Of a DNA stretch of 41,925 bases, positions 26,047 through 39,210 are shown piece after piece. A program made the position numbers and the translations under genes. How positions within the stretch are numbered: position 1 is the stretch's first letter; each line of letters begins with the position of its first letter. The notes beneath the pieces were generated by a model. That model was given only the letters and a program-made list of their open reading frames with translations, made no database searches and was not told the DNA's origin. The stretch is from Tubiluchus corallicola. Lineage: Eukaryota; Animalia; Priapulida. The stretch lies in contig JAQGDQ010001419.1 of NCBI GenBank assembly GCA_030141605.1, positions 1 through 41,925 of the forward strand, read 5' to 3'.

Positions 26047-26180
26047 GGTGGTGGTGGTGGTGGTGGTGGTCGTGGTGGTCGTGATGAAGATGGTGATGAC
26101 AAAGACGACGACAACGGCGACGATATTGATGATGATGACGATGATGGAGATGATGATGATGATGATGGTGTTAATGATGA
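25470..26180. repeat. Compound (GAT/GGT/AAT)n microsatellite
   Basis: Directly visible. Confidence 0.9.
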
Positions 26181-26752
26181 GTCTTAATTTTTTCTGCCTC
26201 TATGTATTAATAGGCAAATAACAATTTTTACTAATTTATTGCATACAAATTATAATGAATATAATTCTTATCAAATAAACTGCGTATAATATTTATTGTC
26301 GTTACATAACTACAGCATTTACTTTTGTGACAATCAGGAAACCTGCTGTCACGTGTCCGTGAAAAAAACAAAAAGCATTTTTACATGATTAGGTGGGTTG
26401 ACCTCGTTCACAAACGTATTTAAAACAAACTTTCACTACGCTAAATCATATAAAAATACCGAAGAACATCTAAAAGAACAAGAAAAAAACGAAAGTCTCA
26501 CACACATGTACAGATATATCCACTTAAAGGTCAAATTTAACACAAATTTTCTTTAGATAATTATTAATTAAAATAGCCAACCGTAACTTTAAATTTAACA
26601 CAAATTTTAATTAAATTTCATGGCTTTCTTCCTAAAGAATTCGGGTCGCAAAGTTGCATTTCCCAGCAAAAGATTTTGTTCGGTTTTGCTCGATAAATTT
26701 CGAAAAATCGTAGATTAAACCTAGCAACGGTTTCCTTGGATACCGCGTCGTT

Positions 26753-26951
26753 TGTGACCTGAGTTCATAAAGTAAACTACACAGTTAAACGCGACACGTG
26801 GTAACAAAACGCAACCCTGGCGTAACTAAGGACAAAGGAGTTCCTGGCGCCATCTGTGACCTAAGTTTGTAAACTACACAGTGAAACGAGACACGTGGTA
26901 ACAAATCGCAACCCTGGCGTAACTAAGGACAAAGGAGTTCCTGTCGCCATC
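26753..26951. repeat. Tandem duplication of about 100 bp, probably within a DNA transposon remnant
   Basis: TGTGACCT...GTAAACTACACAG...GGCGTAACTAAGGACAAAGGAGTTCCTG.CGCCATC twice (26753, 26855). Confidence 0.85.
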
Positions 26952-27343
26952 TAACGAGAAATTCACGCAAAATTGACAAAAATAAAGTAAATATACTGAA
27001 TTAAATTGAATTGAAATGAAGTTCCAGACTTTCTTAGGAAATGATCTTCACACAAGATTGCCTCTTGTAGGTAATTTCAGCATAAACAAATTATAATTTT
27101 ATCCTAGTAGATAAGAAACACGCATGCGCACTTTGTCAAAACTTCAGCATCATTTGGCACTTACAAAATAAACAATGAATTATTAATAAGTATAGCTTAA
27201 GTATCTGTGGACAACACTTATCAGTTTAAAGTAGCATATTGTCTAAATTTCATTATAATATTTACGAAATAACAATCTTAACATGATCTCATGGACGCAC
27301 ATTTATTGAAATATATTCTGAACAAGCAGAATTTCCTTTATTG

Positions 27344-27974
27344 CAGTGGCATAGTAAGTGCTTGTGGCGCCCGGGGGCAAAAAACATCTGGTGCCCTACC
27401 CTTTTAATGTTTTGATCATTTGTTTCGTGGGTGAAGCAGATTTTTTTGCGTCTCTGAGCCCGACTTTTCTTTTTCGACACGATGGATTAAGATAAACGAT
27501 TTTTTTCTAAGAATCGCCCTGAGTTTAATTTGTGGTACTGCAGCAGAGTAACTCTTTTCTATGCTTTAGTTGCTCGTAACACAACAGTGCTTAAACATTC
27601 AGATCCAGCATTAAAACATGCAAAGATTATGAAAGATACAGAACACTTCAGGTTTTCATAATAATAGAACCAGCATTTAGAGAAACGTCATTGTTTCTTT
27701 CAAAATTATCAATCTGCTAATCCACACATCCTACACAGGGGGTGAAGTAACAACATTAGCCTTTTTCTAGGCTGTATGTAGTGATTAATTCAGCTACGAT
27801 GATCTCTGACTAGGCAATTTTGTTGTAGTTTAAAAACTTTTGTTAATTGTTTTGTTAATGTCGGATTAGTAATTAATAATTAACTGTAGCTGAACTGTAG
27901 AAGAATTTTGACCCCCTCACCGTTGCACGCTGGGGGTGATTGCCCCCTGTCGCCCCTATCTTGCTAAACCTCTG
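27344..27974 (+). mobile_element. hAT-like MITE, copy 2, with 8-bp TSD
   Basis: CAGTGGCATAG...GCTAAACCTCTG flanked by CTTTATTG and CCTTATTG. Confidence 0.85.
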
Positions 27975-28372
27975 CCTTATTGTAAATAACATTTATTTTG
28001 ATTTTTGACAAAATTAGCGACTGCACAATTATCAGCTTTTATTTAATGTTGTTTTTTGTCTGATCATGGTCAACTTTCCAAACTTTTTCAACTTTAAACT
28101 CGGCAGCACAAGTCGTAAACTCGATCAGTTGTCACCAACCATTCGTAGTTTGAAACTGACTAACTGAAATGCAGTATTATTTACTGAAATAATAATAGTA
28201 ATGATAACAATAAGTTATAAATTATTTAACTTAGAAGAATCAAGCGTATCCAAGACAAGGCACATAATCACGGTATTGCTGGGGCGGTTCCAGGCACCTG
28301 GACCACCTTAACACATTCTCAATAACATAATATAATGAATTATTACACAGAACTTGTTCCGCCGTGCGTTAT

Positions 28373-28642
28373 TCAACTGAAGAACTGTACTGTAAACACG
28401 CAACATAAAAATATCAGCATTTTCATCCGTGAAACGTTTCTAGAAGTGCAGATTACACTGACAGCTGACGATCGTGACGCCGCCGCGAACTCCAGTGGCT
28501 CCCCCTCTACGTGAAGAATGGGATCATAAAATGTTTCGTTTTCGAAGCGCGGGAAACGGAAATAAAATAGCTGTCGGTTCACTTGCGTATAATGTTTGGG
28601 AAAATGAGCTGGCATGTCCATCCACAAACCGTCCACTCGAAC
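28373..28642 (-). CDS. Gene 3 terminal exon: SAARP/CARP4-like (skeletal aspartic acid-rich protein family) C-terminus with GPI-anchor-like tail
   Basis: Acceptor atttttcttccag, phase 0. VRVDGLWMDMPAHFPKHYTQVNRQLFYFRFPRFENETFYDP matches the recalled SAARP motif V.DG....MP..(F/Y)PK...FR(F/V)P(K/R)F......DP, followed by small residues (AAASRSS) and a terminal hydrophobic stretch (MLIFLCCVFTVQFFS*). Confidence 0.75.
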   Translation of the reverse strand, partial: VRVDGLWMDMPAHFPKHYTQVNRQLFYFRFPRFENETFYDPILHVEGEPLEFAAASRSSAVSVICTSRNVSRMKMLIFLCCVFTVQFFS

Positions 28643-28729
28643 CTGGAAGAAAAATTGGAGAGTTATGAAAACCACTTGTCTGCTGAACAAATTTTATTTT
28701 AGTAAATTTATTGAAGTGATACAATGCTG

Positions 28730-29242
28730 CCACGGTTCGTGTATAGGGACTATGGAACTGCAGCATCCCCTGTTTTCACTCATTATTGTCGATAATATTC
28801 AATATAATGTCTTTTTTCGTTAGTTCTTTCTTTATACTTGTACAGAACCAGAGCACGTGTGGGTAGTACTGTTTACTTCACAGCCCAAGTAACGTGGTGT
28901 TTAGCTGTTGTGCGCATGCGGCCTTGCGCACATGTCCGAGATAACACGCTATACGCATTGTCTGCTGCTAAGTAGAAAAGTAATGTCTCTAATACAGTAA
29001 CGATTGTCACGTGTTTACCGTGTGCCGTCATATTCTTGCATGTGATAAAGCGTAAACTTATCCTGTGTGCTTAAAATATTAATTATTTAATAATGGACGT
29101 CTTGCATCTCCAAGAAATAAGTTCTGTGACTGTAAGTGAACTACAACAGCTTAATTTTTTACAATTGTCTCTCCACGAGAAAGTTGCAGTTAAGAAAAGT
29201 GGCAGTTCAACACCCGATCTTCAAATAATAACTACAATATAA
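28730..29242 (+). mobile_element. Truncated hAT-type transposon 5' part
   Basis: ORF 29093-29242 (MDVLHL...LNFLQLSLHEKVAVKKSGSSTPDLQI) resembles the F..L...EK...K..GRPTPDL segment upstream of the TTF zinc finger in ZMYM1-like hAT transposases. Confidence 0.5.
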
Positions 29243-29529
29243 AATTACATGTCCGTTACGGTTTACACAGTAATAAAACAATGGCTAAAAATTTTCTGAA
29301 GCAGCGCCCCAGTAATTTTAGCTACCACTTGATAATGTGTCAAATTTCACCAAGAAAGTTAAACCGCTTCATGTGAAAACACAGTCAGCTTTTGCTTGTC
29401 TAATAAACGTCATTAAAGGAAAATCACTAACAAACCAAAAAATACAGACTAAATAAAAAGATACGTATTCATAATTAATAATTCAACTTAGTCACGATTT
29501 ATTCCTCAGAATATGTAAAAATTACGATG

Positions 29530-29770
29530 GATCCCTGGTATCACCTAGCTGGCAATATGGTTTTGCTTATGAAACAGTCGGTCATCACTTAATTAGCTGC
29601 CCTCTTTACCACCAGGCCAGACACGACTTAGTCTATGCACTCTTTTGTCAGCTTTCAAAGGAAAACCGGATGATTGTGTAGACATTAGTTCAAAATAAGG
29701 CATGCTTTAAAGTGTTCAAAACTGCAACAGCTTTTTTTTTAATCAGAGCTTAGATCAAATAATAATAATT
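29530..29770 (+). mobile_element. Decayed LINE ORF2 C-terminal fragment
   Basis: SPSWQYGFAYETVGHHLISCPLYHQARHDL, a degenerate C.CG...ET..H....CP.Y...R motif. Confidence 0.55.
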
Positions 29771-30752
29771 ACCTCGCATAGTTAAATTTTGTTAAAATTT
29801 CAAAGCTAAGCGCGGCTCAACTAATCCACTAAGACTGACAATGGCGCTTTTTGTCGCATTCGCTTGGCCGACAAATAGGCGCAGTACCATGATAAGCATG
29901 ATCATGAAGTTCAGTGTTTGTGTGTGACGACAGAGTGACGTAGTGTTCATTTTCGTGACATAACGTCAGCGTCTTGTAACAATCTTCGCTTACGCAAACG
30001 TACTTGATGCGCAAGGAAGATGCCAACCATTGCACAAACTGTTGTTAGTTTGTGACGTAAGCGACAGTTGTGTTCGGTTGCCGTTAATTAACTTTGCAAG
30101 GTAATTATTCAGAATCGGCACGTTTTCCAAAATTACCTTTGCCGGTAATTTTGTGTGCGTGTCGTCGTAGATTGTATAATTTGTAGTTGTTTGTCTCTTT
30201 TTGTTGTTGGTGTCATATGAGTTTAATTTTTCAATTTTATTCGCTTAATATCCACACACGTCTGTAAAAATTTGATTAGATTCATGTTCATTTGGGCAGC
30301 TTTCCTAGCAGTTTGATTAATGGCCGAATTAGGAAAATTTTGCACAACTTAACAATGGCGTCGCCATACTCAACATAGTGTATCTTTTAAGTTCCCAGAT
30401 AAATATTAGTCACGTGGTTTTATACTACGCAGGCTGCTATATTACATTAGCAAACTCTTATATTTTCACCAGCCCTGATATAAAACAGTTAGTTATCACA
30501 AACGAACGAGGAACATCGTATTTTCTGCGTCACAGTGACTACTTCAAGACGCCCTCTTCAGTCAGAAAACTACACTGCTCATTAAACCATGCTTTTGAAA
30601 TAATTAATGAAATATGAAATCAGGTATTTCTAGACGGAAGTGACATCTAATGGCTAAGGATTAATGTACACGTGCACATGCTCATGATCGTTAGCAATTA
30701 ACGTGATAAATTTTCCTGTTAATTAGCTAATGCTGTTTTTCACTATGCTTAA

Positions 30753-31185
30753 AGGAGTACAAAGTATTTTCCAAAAAACCTTTCCATGCAAAGTTATAGA
30801 ACTTCGCATTTCGCTTACCTGCTTTAAAGGCTCGTGTAACTAGAAAAGAAAATTTTTAATAATTTAAAATGTTTTCACCAATTTGTAAAATGTCGCTGAC
30901 CCTCCAGGGTGCACCACTCAGTAAGCAAAACAACCACCTGGTCAAATGGTCGCTGCATAGCTATCCCAGTGTGCACCACTGGCTCACAAACATACACATT
31001 ATTGATCTTATGGACAATATAAAGTAATTTAAACTTTTGCTTAGTTAGCGAAGAGTGCACTACGAAAGCTGTGATTATTTTTTATGCAATTTTATCTAAA
31101 CTTTATGCAATGTTATCTAATCTTGTTTTAAACGACTTACCTCAAACTGGCTACACCTAACGGTCATCACCGGAGTTTAAATTAC
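30753..31185 (+). mobile_element. Partial copy of the palindromic TTAA MITE family
   Basis: Starts after TTAA and aligns with 14335-14660 and 15835-16125. Confidence 0.65.
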
Positions 31186-31756
31186 AAGTTTTATACAGCG
31201 TTACAACTAAAGTAGCTCTGCATGCAATAAGACAGTATATAAATGGTACAAAATTGAAACTTTCAAGACAACGTTTTTGAAGTTTTATTTATGAAGAGTG
31301 TTTTCTTGTGCTTCAACAAAACTTCAGACGACTGTGACATCATTTGAATGACATCCACCAATCAGCAGCAATATACCTTAATGAAGAATTGAACGTAGTA
31401 ATGGCAGTATCAGTACCTACCCAGTTGACAAGGATAATCACTCAAGATCAGGCTTTAAAGTATCAATGGTATTTTCGCTATATTCTGTCTCTCTCCGAAA
31501 CGAGATATAAAAGCCAAATCACACAGAAGCACCTTTAGCAAGCGGTCCCCAATTCATTTACAAATTAGGTCTAGTGCTGCTGTTTACAAAACACAAACTG
31601 TGATCACTCAGCTATTTTGTCAAGCGTGTTTGTGAAATATTGGCACATTTTTAGCACAACCTTAAATTTTGAAATAATCTTAAGAAATAATCAAAAATTC
31701 CTCAATAATAAGTACTGACAAAGTATAATATAGTCATAGTCATAGGTTATATATAT

Positions 31757-32095
31757 ATAATGTAATTTAATGTAATGTAATATAATGTAATGTAATGTAA
31801 TGTAATATAATGTAATATAATATGATATGATGTGATGTGATGTGATGTGATGTGATGTGATGTGATGTGATGTGATGTGATGTGATGTGATGTGATGTGA
31901 TGTGATGTGATGTGATGTGATGTGATGTGATGTGATGTGATGTGATGTGATGTGATGTGATATGATATGATATGATATGATATGATATGATATGATATGA
32001 TATGATATCATATGATATGATATGATACGATATGATATGATATGATATGATATGATATGATATGATATGATATAATATAATATAATATAACATAA
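31757..32095. repeat. Pentanucleotide microsatellite (TAATG/TGATG/TGATA/TAATA)
   Basis: Directly visible. Confidence 0.95.
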
Positions 32096-32512
32096 TAACA
32101 GTAAGTATAATATATATATACTATTACATACTATTATTATATACTTTATACATATACATATCTTTAGCTGAGCATTTACAAATTTGCTTGTGAGACAGAA
32201 ACGTTACTCTGCGCATGCTCAGTTGGAACTTTTCCTCACATAACGGCTTTATTTTTTACAGCACCTGCGGCTTAGCCAGGTTCTAAAAAACGGTAGATGT
32301 TATCTTGGATTTATTTTGTGTAAGTTACTTTTGCTGCTGCTGATAATGTACCCTACTTAAAACTGATGGTATCCCTACAATAGTAAAGGGACCTTGTCAG
32401 TCACGCGTGCGCGACCTTCCCTTTTCTTAGACACGCAGTTCCCGCTAGCTTCTAGTTTTCGAATTCTTGGACCGAGACGCTTATTACTGACTTTCGCCTT
32501 ACAGAGGAAACA

Positions 32513-32900
32513 ATAAACCTTTTCACGATTTCGTTATGCGCACGCGCAGTTGCTGTAGATCAAAGGTTAAGTGTACAACAGCAACGCGTCTTAACTACAA
32601 CCGTCACTTGACAACTGGGTAAAGCAAAACTCTGCCGTATCAGCTGAGTAACTTCAGTTGTTTTACGTGGGCTTTACTTAACTATGCATTAATCTGTGCT
32701 TAGAGTGATTGACTAGAAGGATCTTACTTGGCAACAAGAAAAAATAAACTAGGTAAGATTCTAGCTAGCTGTTAAAACTGTTATTATTACAATCGCATGG
32801 GCTGCGAGGCATTGTCAAGGGTACACAAATATGTTGTTTGGTGCACTTAACCTATGACCTTTTCACTATCATCAATCGCTGGAACTGTGGAAAGGCTTAT
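32513..32900 (+). mobile_element. MITE of about 390 bp, copy C
   Basis: ATAAACCTTTTCACG...CTGTGGAAAGGCTTAT. Confidence 0.85.
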
Positions 32901-33259
32901 TCGTCCTAACTCACTACGCTGTATAATATTAGTCCTGAAAAATTGACCTTTTAATCGTCTAGAAAGTTGACTTCCGGTTCCTATGAAAAAGTATAGGATC
33001 TGTGTCTGTCCTTGCTGTATTCGATTTCGATTAAACATAATTATACACCGGGACAGGCGTATGTAATGTACGTCTGCAGAGACGTTTAAACATGGCAGTT
33101 TTAGCCATTCGTAGACCGCTGGAGCATTAATAGGTCTGGAAGTCAATTAAATTCAGTTTGCTCAAGACTGTACATGCAAGTTTGTATATTCAAGTTTGCA
33201 CATGCACTTACATTATATAATCATGCTGTAGGTCTAGTGATATGGCTTCCTAGACCTTG

Positions 33260-34057
33260 GTGGTGTATTGAATCATAGGTGTAATCATAGTCATAGGTAA
33301 AATAGTCAGAGAAAAGAGTTACAGGAAAAACGGCACAAGCAGAAAAACAAAAGAACCCTAACCTTAACTCAATCGTAAAACGCTAAACCCAAACCCTAAC
33401 CCTAACCCAACCCTAAAACCCTAACCCTAAACTCTAATCCTTTTCCTAAACCTAACGCTATTCCTTACCCAACCCCAAAATCCTAACCCCATTTCTAACC
33501 CAACCCTAAAACGCCAACCCTAACCCTAACCCTAACCCAAACCCTAATCAAAACCCTAACCCTAACCCATTCCTAACCTAACCCTAACCCTAACCTTAAC
33601 CCTAACCCAACCCTAACCCTAACCCCATTCCTAACCTAACCCTAACCCTAACCTTAACCCTAACCCAACCCTAACCCTAACCCCATTCCTAACCCGACCC
33701 TAAAACGCCAACCCTGACCCTAACCCTACTCTAAACCCTAACCTAAACCGAAACCCTAACCCTAACGCTATTCCTAACCCAACTCTAAACCTTAAGCCTA
33801 AGATACTAAATAAAACGTGTTTTTTCACATACATCTAATGTCATCATATATAGATACTTTTGTCAATAGGTACAAATCATGTATTGTCAGTTAACTGTTT
33901 TGAAATATTTTTTGTTTTATTACTCTAATTCAGGTAATCTGCACGTAAATAAATTGTGACTGACTTGAATATCCTTGTTTCTTTACCTGACGTTCTTTCC
34001 CAGTCAAAATTGTGACTTTTTCTCTAACGTTTGTCCTGTGACTTATTACAGGTCACC
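33260..34057 (+). mobile_element. Foldback-like non-autonomous element carrying a degenerate (CCCTAA)n array (33355-33800)
   Basis: Left arm with GTCA(C/T)AGG(T/A)AAAA-type subrepeats, right arm with TGTGACTT subrepeats ending TTATTACAGGTCACC; relatives at 11520-11992 and 18192-18412. Confidence 0.65.
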
Positions 34058-34101
34058 GCTAAATTACCAGGTCACAAGTCTCCCACGGTACAGTTTTTTA
34101 A

Positions 34102-34697
34102 AGGAAAACAGGATAATTTTTCACATACTACGCCATTTTTAAGTATGACAAAAAGTATACAATTTAATACCAATGACACTTCAAAAGCGGTTCTGATAAT
34201 TAAATAATAGATTAAAAACTTAATTAACGGCAGGCGAGCCCAACTTCTCATGACATCACAAACTAACATAATTTTCAACATCAAAAATATTCCACGAGCG
34301 TGTTGCACGTATTTGCAAAAGCGAAAATTGAAGTACAGTGCCACTGTAAGATATTCAGTGTGTTGTACTAAAACTAGGTACGTTTCAAATTTATCGCTGT
34401 GCTCACGCGTAAGCTGTCGAACGTGTGCACTACTTCACTACTAAAGTACGCATCCGAACTGAGAGGTACAGCACCTGTTTTTTGTGCAATGCGTTTTCGA
34501 AATGCAGGCGGTTGTGACGGTCTAACTAACGAATGGTGAAATGCATGTAACAGCACAGAACTAGTGGCGTGAACGTAAAATTGTGTTTGTGTTGTAATAG
34601 TTTCATGTAAGTCATTTTTGAAGAAAATAATGCTTTGTTTGAATATTAAAAGAATAGGTTGTTTTGACCTGCAGTTTACATTCGGTCCAGCTTTTCT
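34102..34697 (-). mobile_element. TTAA-flanked Kolobok-like MITE, copy 2
   Basis: TTAA|AGGAAAACAGGA...TCCAGCTTTTCT|TTAA; reverse complement of 5677-6299. Confidence 0.8.
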
Positions 34698-35287
34698 TTA
34701 AACGTCTGCAATGAATTAAAACCTATAGACGAATTTCAGCGACAAATAGAAGGTATTATAAAAAGTGTTTGTTGATTCAGAACCACAATTTCAATTTAAA
34801 TAAGTTTTATTTACGGATTCTATATTTACATTAAAGCATTGTTGCAAGAAATTTTGACTCGCGTACTTATACACGACGTTCTGCGCTGATATGTTATATA
34901 TGTCGGTTGTACAATTGTGAAAAATCCAAGTTCAGGTACTGTATAGAAGAGTATTGCCAGTGTCCTGCGAATAGTAGCGCCATCTATTAAGAAAATGTAA
35001 ACTAAAAAACAAAAAAAAAACACATTTTCCCAAAACGGAAAATGAACAAACGACTCTACATTTTAATAAATTTAATAATTGAAATCCCAACCCTTTACGT
35101 TTATGCAGTTGTGGGAAGTCTTGCAAACATGGCGGCCAGACTGAGTAACTGCACGAAACTTCTGCAAGGTTATAAAACATGCGTTATTACCTGTTTCACA
35201 CAATCTAATAACTTTACCGCTTTGTTTTATAACCCTCGCTGAACGCGTTATTACTTTTAAAGAGCTGCTACAGCGACTGCAATATAT

Positions 35288-35456
35288 ATTATTAATATTA
35301 TTAATCTTTTATTCGTATCAAATTTTATACAGCAATGCAGTTTCACTGTCATATGTAGTAATATTTGATATATAATATATTAAACGTTACCATATTATAT
35401 AGTGAAACTGCATTGCTGTATAAAATTTGATACGAATAAAAGATTAATATTGATAT
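35288..35456. repeat. Long hairpin (near-perfect inverted repeat)
   Basis: ATTAATCTTTTATTCGTATCAAATTTTATACAGCAATGCAGTTTCACT has an exact reverse complement at about 35401-35448. Confidence 0.9.
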
Positions 35457-35475
35457 AAAGATATATATTAAGATA

Positions 35476-36030
<555 letters not shown>

Positions 36031-36225
36031 AACTTATACCTCTTATTTCTGGAGAACGGGAATAAATACAATAAAAATATTGTTTGTTTAGTAATCTAGT
36101 AATGTTTTGTTTAGTTTGTTTAGAAATAAACGAAACATGATAAAATCCATACATATCGCTATCATGCTACATGTAGTTGCTTATACGTTATAAACGTTGC
36201 CTCGATAAACCTACGTACTTGATCG

Positions 36226-36331
36226 CGGAACCAGCGGAACCATTTTTCAAGTCGTTGTTACGACTCGGTTGGGAGTTGAACCCACGACCTCGCGGGTGGC
36301 GGGCGAGGACACTAGCATTGAACTATACCCC
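36226..36331 (-). mobile_element. tRNA-derived SINE 5' part (MetaSINE-like)
   Basis: A-box-like TAGTTCAATGC, B box GGTTCAACTCC, then CGAGTCGTAACAACGACTTGAAAAATGGT resembling the start of the Meta core domain. Confidence 0.65.
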
Positions 36332-36821
36332 GATGACTGTGCATCATTAGATAAACAGTATTGGCACCAATAAATATATATAATTATAGACTTAATGAGG
36401 GTGTCAAACTTTTTATGAATTATTGTGGTATTGTAAAGAAAATTAAAAACTCGAACATCGACAATGTTCAAGTAATGTCATATTTAACTAACGATAGTCA
36501 TTGTCACTTAAGAAGAAAGTATGGCTTCTCATTAAGTTTTGCTAACACGAATGTTAAAAAACCAGTTATTTTTTGCTTTTAATGTTGTGTTTAAAAGATT
36601 ATCTGTGAAGGATACGTGAAAACTAACGATATTTTTACGTACGATTGTCTACGATCATTGTCATTTTTAGAAACTGTTTATTTTATGCAAACAAATTTCT
36701 TTCTTTTTTGTGTGTGTTTATACTATATTTTATACAGTATATAGCGTTCCATTGTTATATTTTGTGTCTGTGAATCTATGAATATGCGTGCTGTATCTGT
36801 ATGTAATGGTACCAAAAAATA

Positions 36822-36827
36822 ACAATA

Positions 36828-36913
<86 letters not shown>

Positions 36914-36995
36914 AGTAATAAAATTAATCATATAAATAATAATGACAATAACAACAACAACAACAACAGCAATAATAATAATAATAATGAATAAT
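36822..36995. repeat. (GAT)n and (AAT/AAC)n microsatellite
   Basis: Directly visible. Confidence 0.95.
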
Positions 36996-37234
36996 TTTCT
37001 AAAGTCCAGAAAGAAAGCTCAAACAAGTTTGTCATTGACAAACACAAATGCCGTACTAATTCTTTGATTTCTACCAGGGGAAAACCTAATGAATTAACGT
37101 TGTATATTGAGCAGCCATTATCTCACATTACAGTGAATTAGGAACCACGTTTGTGTTGTGTAATCACTGATTAACAGTGGAAATGTGTGTGATAAAACGT
37201 CTTGTGTCAACAAATTGATGTAACGTATTATTTA

Positions 37235-37546
37235 ATCAACCTTTTCACTGTTCCGGCGATTGATGACGATCGTGAAAATGTCAAAGGTTAAGTGTACCAG
37301 ACAACGCATTTGTGTACACTTGACAACGCCTCGCAGCCCAAGCTATTGTAATAGTAACAGTTTTAACAGCTAGCTAGCACTTTACCTAGTTCATTTTTTC
37401 TTGTTTCTAAGCAAGATCCTGCTATGAAATCACTCTATGCACAGACTAATGCATTATTAAGAAAAACAACGAAAGTTACTTAACTGATTCGGCACACGGC
37501 TTTGCTTTACCACAGGTCACGTGGCGGTTGTAGTTAAGTGGTACAC
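37235..37546 (-). mobile_element. MITE of about 390 bp, partial reversed copy D
   Basis: Reverse complement of about 24895-25235. Confidence 0.8.
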
Positions 37547-37963
37547 AGTGTTACAGGTTAACCTAAGCACGAAGATTAGCTATTTATTGCACATAATAGG
37601 GTGCATAAATTACATAGCTATAACTTTGACTATAAACAGTTACGTCGCCCTTTGCCAGTAATTGTAGCCACAGGATTCATGAAGCCAGGCAGGCAGCTGA
37701 GCGTTTTCCACTCAACTTCAGCTAGAAAATAAACTCTCCCTTCTAGTATCGTTTGTACGTTTAAAGATACTAAGTTTATTGCATTTAAGTGTATACTCGA
37801 AAAAGGTTTTTTTAAATAAAAAGTAACATTCTAAGATTATTTTTATGACATTTTTTTCATTTCTGACTTAATGTTGATTGGTATCATAATGCGAAATATA
37901 TTTTATATGTACATAGAGGAACACTGTGTTAATCAACTATTATGTACATTATGTATATACATA

Positions 37964-38060
37964 TAGACTAACTTCGTTATATTCCCGTTATCTCGCCATA
38001 CTCGCCTCTCGCCAAAAATTTGCCCTAGACGGACAGTGGCGAGATAACGAGGCTAGACTG
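37964..38060. mobile_element. Tiny Tc1/pogo-like MITE
   Basis: TA-flanked; the right TIR reads CAGTCTAGCCTCGTTATCTCG on the minus strand and the left TIR is degenerate (TAGACTAACTTCGTTAT). Confidence 0.6.
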
Positions 38061-39210
38061 TAGTTACATTTTGAGATTAATAGTTATACAGTTCGTAAAC
38101 ACGAGGATTACTGGCATTGGAAACATTTTTTCTAATTAATTTCTGCATTAATTCCAGGAGTTTGATGATAATTGAATCTTTTACAGAAGCGGTCATGATT
38201 TCTGTACATTGATGGTTTACTAATGTGAACTAACGTTTACTAATTAATGTTAATATTAATGCTAATTAATGTAATTTAGTAATGTTTAATAATTATTTGT
38301 GAATTATTATGTCATGTATTGAATGTTCTTGTGTTTATTTTCCTAATTAGATTGAGGCTTTTTTCCTGTTTGAAACATCTATATGCCAATTAATATTTCC
38401 ATTAATTACCGTACAGTAATTAAATTATGATCAATTTGACGATGATTTATGACACGTTGTAGACTAAGTTTTGCTGTGTGGTTAAATAAATTATCAACCC
38501 TGTTTACTCCTCTCTGTTATTTATTCATCTTATTCATTTTTATTCGTTTTGTTTATCAATTTGCACTGTTTGTCCACTACGGAGCGATTAAAGGAAAAGT
38601 CAACCCTTCTAGGAGGTCAGGCTCATTTGAATGTTCGCGAAAAATGTTAGAAGGATTTAGTAATAAAACTGCAATAAGCGCCTCGTGTGATTAGTAAAAT
38701 CACTTTAAATTTTCGATCACTTCATGCTTGGACGCTCCAATTATCAATGTCCATTCTTCTTCCAATGACGTCATTCGTCTTGAAGAAAAGTAGCGCTCAG
38801 TCATCTTCTTCAAAAGTTTAATAACTTTTTGCAAAAATATTATACAGTTAATTTTGTGATATTTTTGCGTGAACATTAGGTTAGCTGCAGAAGCTCTGAG
38901 TTAGTTTGAGCAGTGCTCGCTTACGGAAATCCACGATGCTCTTACGAATACTCACGAAGCCTCCCTGTTACGTCATGATTTTCAAGTGAACGGCAGCAAC
39001 CATCGTGCCTGAAAATTTCTATTCAGAGGTAGTATATTTTAAATTTATGCTTTATAGGCAGTTCTTTGCAAATTTCTTTGTTATATTTTTCAAAGTTTAA
39101 GTGATAACAGTAAAATAAACCCAACATACTGAGTGACTTGTTCTTTCCTTTAAGTTACTATGAGCTTAAACTTCATATAATTATGTTACACCGAGAAACA
39201 TGAACCTTAA

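Noticed and set aside
30137-30261. Possible penultimate SAARP-like exon (...TNYTIYDDTHTKLPAK|gtaatt, phase 0)
   Set aside because: There is an in-frame TAA between the best acceptor and the donor, similarity is weak, and neighbouring sequence resembles a MITE family.
32847-33146. 99-aa minus ORF with faint SAARP-like words (LNVSAD, ILYFFIGTG)
   Set aside because: Spacing does not fit the family, the ORF runs into a MITE, and I found no consistent splice sites.
33355-33800. True telomere or chromosome-fusion site
   Set aside because: The array is degenerate, single-orientation and internal to a repeat family seen elsewhere in the window.
35191-35267. Minus-strand segment SARVIKQSGKVIRL resembling the SAARP N-terminal strand, with a good donor
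   Set aside because: The acceptor is poor, the phase is incompatible with the terminal exon, and no intervening core exons were found; probably chance.
36260-36331. tRNA gene
   Set aside because: A and B boxes are present, but there is no clean cloverleaf or acceptor stem and it continues into a SINE core.
37078-37732. Possible small exons: plus strand 37078-37132 and 37640-37732, or minus strand about 37722-37643 (EVEWKTLSCLPGFMNPVATITGKGR)
   Set aside because: They are plausible on both strands, show no recognisable homology and link to no start exon; RNA data are needed.
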